This document shows, piece after piece, positions 59,641 through 64,000 of a stretch of 64,000 bases of DNA (its first letter is position 1; every line of letters starts with the position of its first letter). Both the position numbers and the translations under genes were made by a program. This DNA is from Iphione sp. A-MEVVRFRX5 (lineage: Eukaryota): assembly GCA_976226885.1 (NCBI GenBank), contig OZ320313.1, forward strand, positions 46,314,001 through 46,378,000, given 5' to 3'. The notes below the pieces were generated by a model, which ran no database searches, was not told where the DNA came from, and worked only from the letters and a program-made list of their open reading frames with translations.

Positions 59641-59643
<3 letters not shown>

Positions 59644-59697
<54 letters not shown>
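59644..59697. repeat. (CT)n microsatellite
   Basis: Seen directly. Confidence 0.95.
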
Positions 59698-59700
<3 letters not shown>

Positions 59701-60153
59701 CTGTGTTGGCCTTAGCGAAGACATCCTTTCCACACCTGATTATGGGTCATCGGAGGCCAGAACAAGCGAACCGTGTCCGGCGACTACTGCGCCCCCTTGC
59801 TCAAGGCTACAGGCACACTGCTACTGTGGTGGAGGAGGCCATGGGCAGGGGAGGGGGGGGGGTGCGACGGGGTGCGGGGCCGTTCTTCCTACGCGCAAAC
59901 GTCTACAGAGGAGCTAGGTTCGGATCAAGAGGACACGGTACTTACACGTACCCCCACACACACGATCACAAACACACACAAACAACCGGTGGGGCTACGA
60001 CGACCTGCGCCGTCTCAGTACGGGCTTTACACCCAGGCGGTCACATTTCACAACTCATCTAGCACTGTCGACGCACACTCCACACTCAAGGTAGGCCCGT
60101 GGCTTTTGAGACAGCAGAGCTGCTGAAGGACCACGTACGACAGTCGGAGAGTC

Positions 60154-60232
60154 ATGAGAATCCTCAGGGCGGATCTACTCTGGTGGATGGTACTGGCAAA
60201 CTGTTGTTGGTCTACTACGAGCAGTGACATAC
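60154..60232 (+). CDS. Gene C: signal-peptide exon of a further secreted or membrane protein continuing beyond the window
   Basis: MRILRADLLWWMVLANCCWSTTSSDI followed by a strong donor ac|gtaagt, phase 1. No compatible downstream coding exon was found before 64000. Confidence 0.55.
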
Positions 60233-60302
60233 GTAAGTGTACTATGTGTCTCAACAGAGTATGAGAGTGAGGTGGCATGTGTCGTTAGTATGGAAGGGAG
60301 GT

Positions 60303-60305
<3 letters not shown>

Positions 60306-60388
<83 letters not shown>
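60306..60388. repeat. (GA)n microsatellite
   Basis: Seen directly. Confidence 0.95.
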
Positions 60389-60391
<3 letters not shown>

Positions 60392-63300
60392 TTATAAGGA
60401 TGTGATATGTGAGAGGGACCATATGTCAGTATATTTTATTACCAGGAAGATTAAATTTATTACATGGAAGAACAAAAAGTCCGACAAAGGTATCTGATCG
60501 ATGAGAGAAGTGTGATACAAGAAACTTGGTGAGTGTTGTAAAAATATATCAGAGCTGTCTAACTTAGCTAGTTTGTGAAGTGAATATAAATCAAATTTGC
60601 CATTTAAAGAAACATTTAGAACAATGCGATACATATATAAACTGTCCCTAAAGTACGAGTATATTGAACAGATTGCAAGGGTGATCCACAAAATGCAGGC
60701 TCCTAGACGAGTATAAACATTATGGGGGTGAATACTCAACGATCAACTTGCCAGACGACCATTTCAACAACGATGGTACGGGCCATGATGCAGAATATTT
60801 TTTTCGGGAGGTGTCTTCCAAATACCTGGGAAATTTATGTTTCCCAGTGGGTGAGTCACAAGACCACTTGCCATTGGTGTGTGATAGAAACTTTTTGCTT
60901 CCCTTTATGCCTGGATAAACATTGCGATGCGTCACATACCACATCCTTCCGGAATCAATCTCACTTTAAGGGGTCATTCATATGCTCATATATTACGCTG
61001 AACATACCAATCTTTGGGCCTTACATCTAACTATAAAAAATTGTCTTTGAATATCAAATTTGTGCTACTTCTTTCTCGAACATATCCTGTGACTTTTACC
61101 CTGACATACATACCCACGCACTATATACATATGTTTATATATCCTAATAAATATATACCCAGTGAATAAAATATACATGTATATTGCTGGCACGTAGCTA
61201 GGCGTCACCACAACACACCCAAGTGTTGCAAACCGGGCATCTTAAATGTACCTTGGAAACGATTCAACGGAGGCCAATGCGTATCTCAAAAATGTTGCGG
61301 AACATTCAGTAAAAAATATAGCAATGACGTCTTTTAAACGTGTGTTTGTTGTGTGATTGCTAAGTTCCGCGTGTCCTAGTGTGATGACAGCCCCATGTAC
61401 ATGGCAGGTACAAAGTAACGGGAACTGATTGGATATATGTGCAGGAAATGGCATAAAAACAGCCATAAAAGCACTGCTCATGTTAGACCGTATCCAAAGA
61501 GTCTTGGCCAGATTGTTCCCATTCTCTGACTTAAATTAGCCAATCCCAAGTCTCTCTTTAATGTGACATTTACCGGGGCTTACTTGAGAGTCAGATCAAA
61601 CAGCATAGCGAAAGATGGACAACTAGACTACGTACAACGGAATTACTTGCTGATGTGGGAAATCTTCAGTAGAAAAAGACTCATCCCCTTTGATTCGTCA
61701 GCGGCCTTATTAAGCGTTCTCCACTCTATTTGATGACTTGACCGAGAATGCTTTTACTTCAGGAGGCCATTCATTGCACGATGACACATATCCTTATTTT
61801 CACTATACGTTCTAACAATGTTAGATCTTCCCCTACATACAACACAAAAAGGTCAACTTTATCCACCGACTTCTATGATACGAGTGAGTCAACCCATGAT
61901 ATTGGGGTGAAACCCCCTCGTTGATCTAAGCAGCCAATATGCGATGTATGGCTCATGCTGTACAAATCCCTTCAGTGTTTTAGAGCAATCCAAAAGGCGA
62001 AAAAGCGAACTAAGCCCTGCTGAATATAGTTTACACAAAAATGAGATAAGTGCCCTTGAAATCCGCTTACTTCTCTCTCTCTCTCGTGCTTGGAAATAGA
62101 GTAAACAGGCAGAGCTTACATCCGTCGCACCTTTGCTCTATCATTGCTATTTGGCTCACCATCCCACGACCACCCGCCCGCCTGATAACCAGTTTAATGG
62201 GAGCGTACGGACAGGACGGGCGACCACTTAGAGAGAAGTGCCCTATCTGTGCCTTCAACCATTCACACCAAACACGGCTGCCAAAAATAAAGTTCTATGG
62301 CGCAGTGACCCATGAAGCTGCATGAACCGCCCTCTCCTCTGGAGGCCAGCGTCCACGTTGTGGGACACCGCCCAAATCGGCAAGCATCAACAATGTTGTT
62401 CTCCTCTTTTCCCTGGCAAGTGCGCAACGCTGTGGCAAAGCTCAAGAAATACCTTCCAACCAAAAAGTTTTTTTAACCATGATAGAAAGGCAACTTCACA
62501 CTTTGGAGCAGTGTCTCGAGGACATAGAAGCTATGTCGCGATATAGAATGCTCCTCTCTTCTATTCAGCTGCCGACGCTGGGTGCTGGATGAGGCAGGGA
62601 GGTTGCTGCTGATCCATCTCGAGCCTTGATAATTCATGACGAGTGCGGCTGAGCGAGTGGCAGGGCGGCAGGGTTGTGGGGTGCGTGTGGCGGCGTCGCC
62701 ACCAGGACCCCCAGGTCAGGCGTCTCCATCAGCCAGCCACCACTCCATGACAATCAAGCAATGTCTCCAACCTTTGCCAGCTTATTGGACACACTGTGGA
62801 ATATGAAAACAGACAGATCGGCGCGATCTGTTTAATATATTTGCAGCAAGGATGTGCCAACGTAAAAACCGTCGAACAACCCGTGAATAAATAACCTACG
62901 CCCATCTTTTCCAACAGCATTTCGCTGCGGCTATGAGTGGATATTTATCCCAGTACATGAATGTGACTATAAAAAAGACCGTGTGCATATATCTTATGAC
63001 ATAAAGTACGGTCACTAATTGCGCTTCGCTCCATGAACATGAACTTTGCAGCGGTTACAGTATTTCGTTATGTCTAATACTAATAGCATAGGCCACCACA
63101 ATTGACTCTTTGTGCCTACCAGGAGACAAACTAATGGGAATACTGTGAGGACTATTATGCAGCATTAGTCCACAAGTGGCGTAATATGTAGAGGAATGGC
63201 TGGATAAAGAAAGTAAGATTTAAACTAAACACCGTAGTTCAGGCCCGTGGTCACTGGCCAGCTGGTGTTGAATAGAACTGGTCGAAAGACGTTGAACAGG

Positions 63301-64000
63301 GACTGGATATAAATAACGGCCCATTACTTACGTCCACAGCCTATGGATGACGGCCTTTAAATGAAAAATGCCTATATACATATATGTTCATACATATACA
63401 TACATGCACGTACATATCCATGTATGTATGTTATATACATATGTACAAGGTCCAGATCGTCACATGGCGAGAAAACTAGCAGCAGCTTTAATAACAACTA
63501 TTTTCACTAAGAACCACCTTCCTGTAGACAACTGATTATTGAATCTCATTTCTGTGCAGTTCAAATATAAAAAAATAATACGTGTACGTCTTTCATGCCC
63601 GCTGATACTTATTAATGGAAGGAATTTGTTGTTATGCCAACCCCTCCCTTATTTAACGAAAAGACTCTGATAAAACCATTTTGCCGGTAAAACACAGTAT
63701 CCGATCATTTGGTATTATTTCTGCTAGTCTAGCTATCTACTGTTTGCCCTCGCAGATTGAATGGAATTTGGATCCGGTTGGCTTTCAGTTTATTTTTTTA
63801 TGAGATGAGGTAAGGCAGGGACACTAGTTTATAGAACAAGCAAAACTGCTGACTCGCATCCGTAGTTCGGCTGTAACGGGTGTTATATTTTGTCCGTTTC
63901 AAACGAAATACTCGAGCACAGCCCCTGGGGTGGAGGCAATGTCGACGTACGTCATTTCACTGAGTAAAAACAGTTCTTCCACTGTGTGTATATATAAAAG

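Noticed and set aside
1-64000. Prokaryotic systems (CRISPR arrays, operons, defence islands), rRNA and tRNA
   Set aside because: No regularly spaced repeat-spacer array, dense operon-like ORFs or cloverleaf/rRNA signatures were seen; the window is intron-rich animal DNA.

Overview
Eukaryotic (animal) genomic DNA with spliceosomal introns, microsatellites and two N gaps. Recurrent TACATGTA motifs and the repeat content suggest a lancelet (Branchiostoma)-like invertebrate chordate; this is an inference. All exon models were assembled by hand from splice signals and reading frame; several exons are missing from the ORF track. The + strand carries two divergent paralogous type I membrane-protein genes in tandem: gene A (CDS 52-5302, about 413 aa) and gene B (CDS 23877-47391 or 49004, about 620 or 590 aa). 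Both read signal peptide, 8-Cys SUEL/Gal_Lectin-like domain, atypical CUB-like domain, Thr-rich stalk, 79-nt TM exon, cytoplasmic tail, with the same intron phases (1,1,0,1,1,2). Gene B appears to have a 12-nt microexon (GNVT, an N-glycosylation sequon) and two alternative terminal exons encoding unrelated tyrosine-motif tails. A third signal-peptide exon lies at 60154. Mobile DNA includes a MITE with a 5-bp TSD, a pogo/Tigger-type MITE, a decayed pogo/Tigger transposon and a truncated CR1/L2-group LINE. No rRNA, tRNA or CRISPR array was found. No gene symbol could be assigned.
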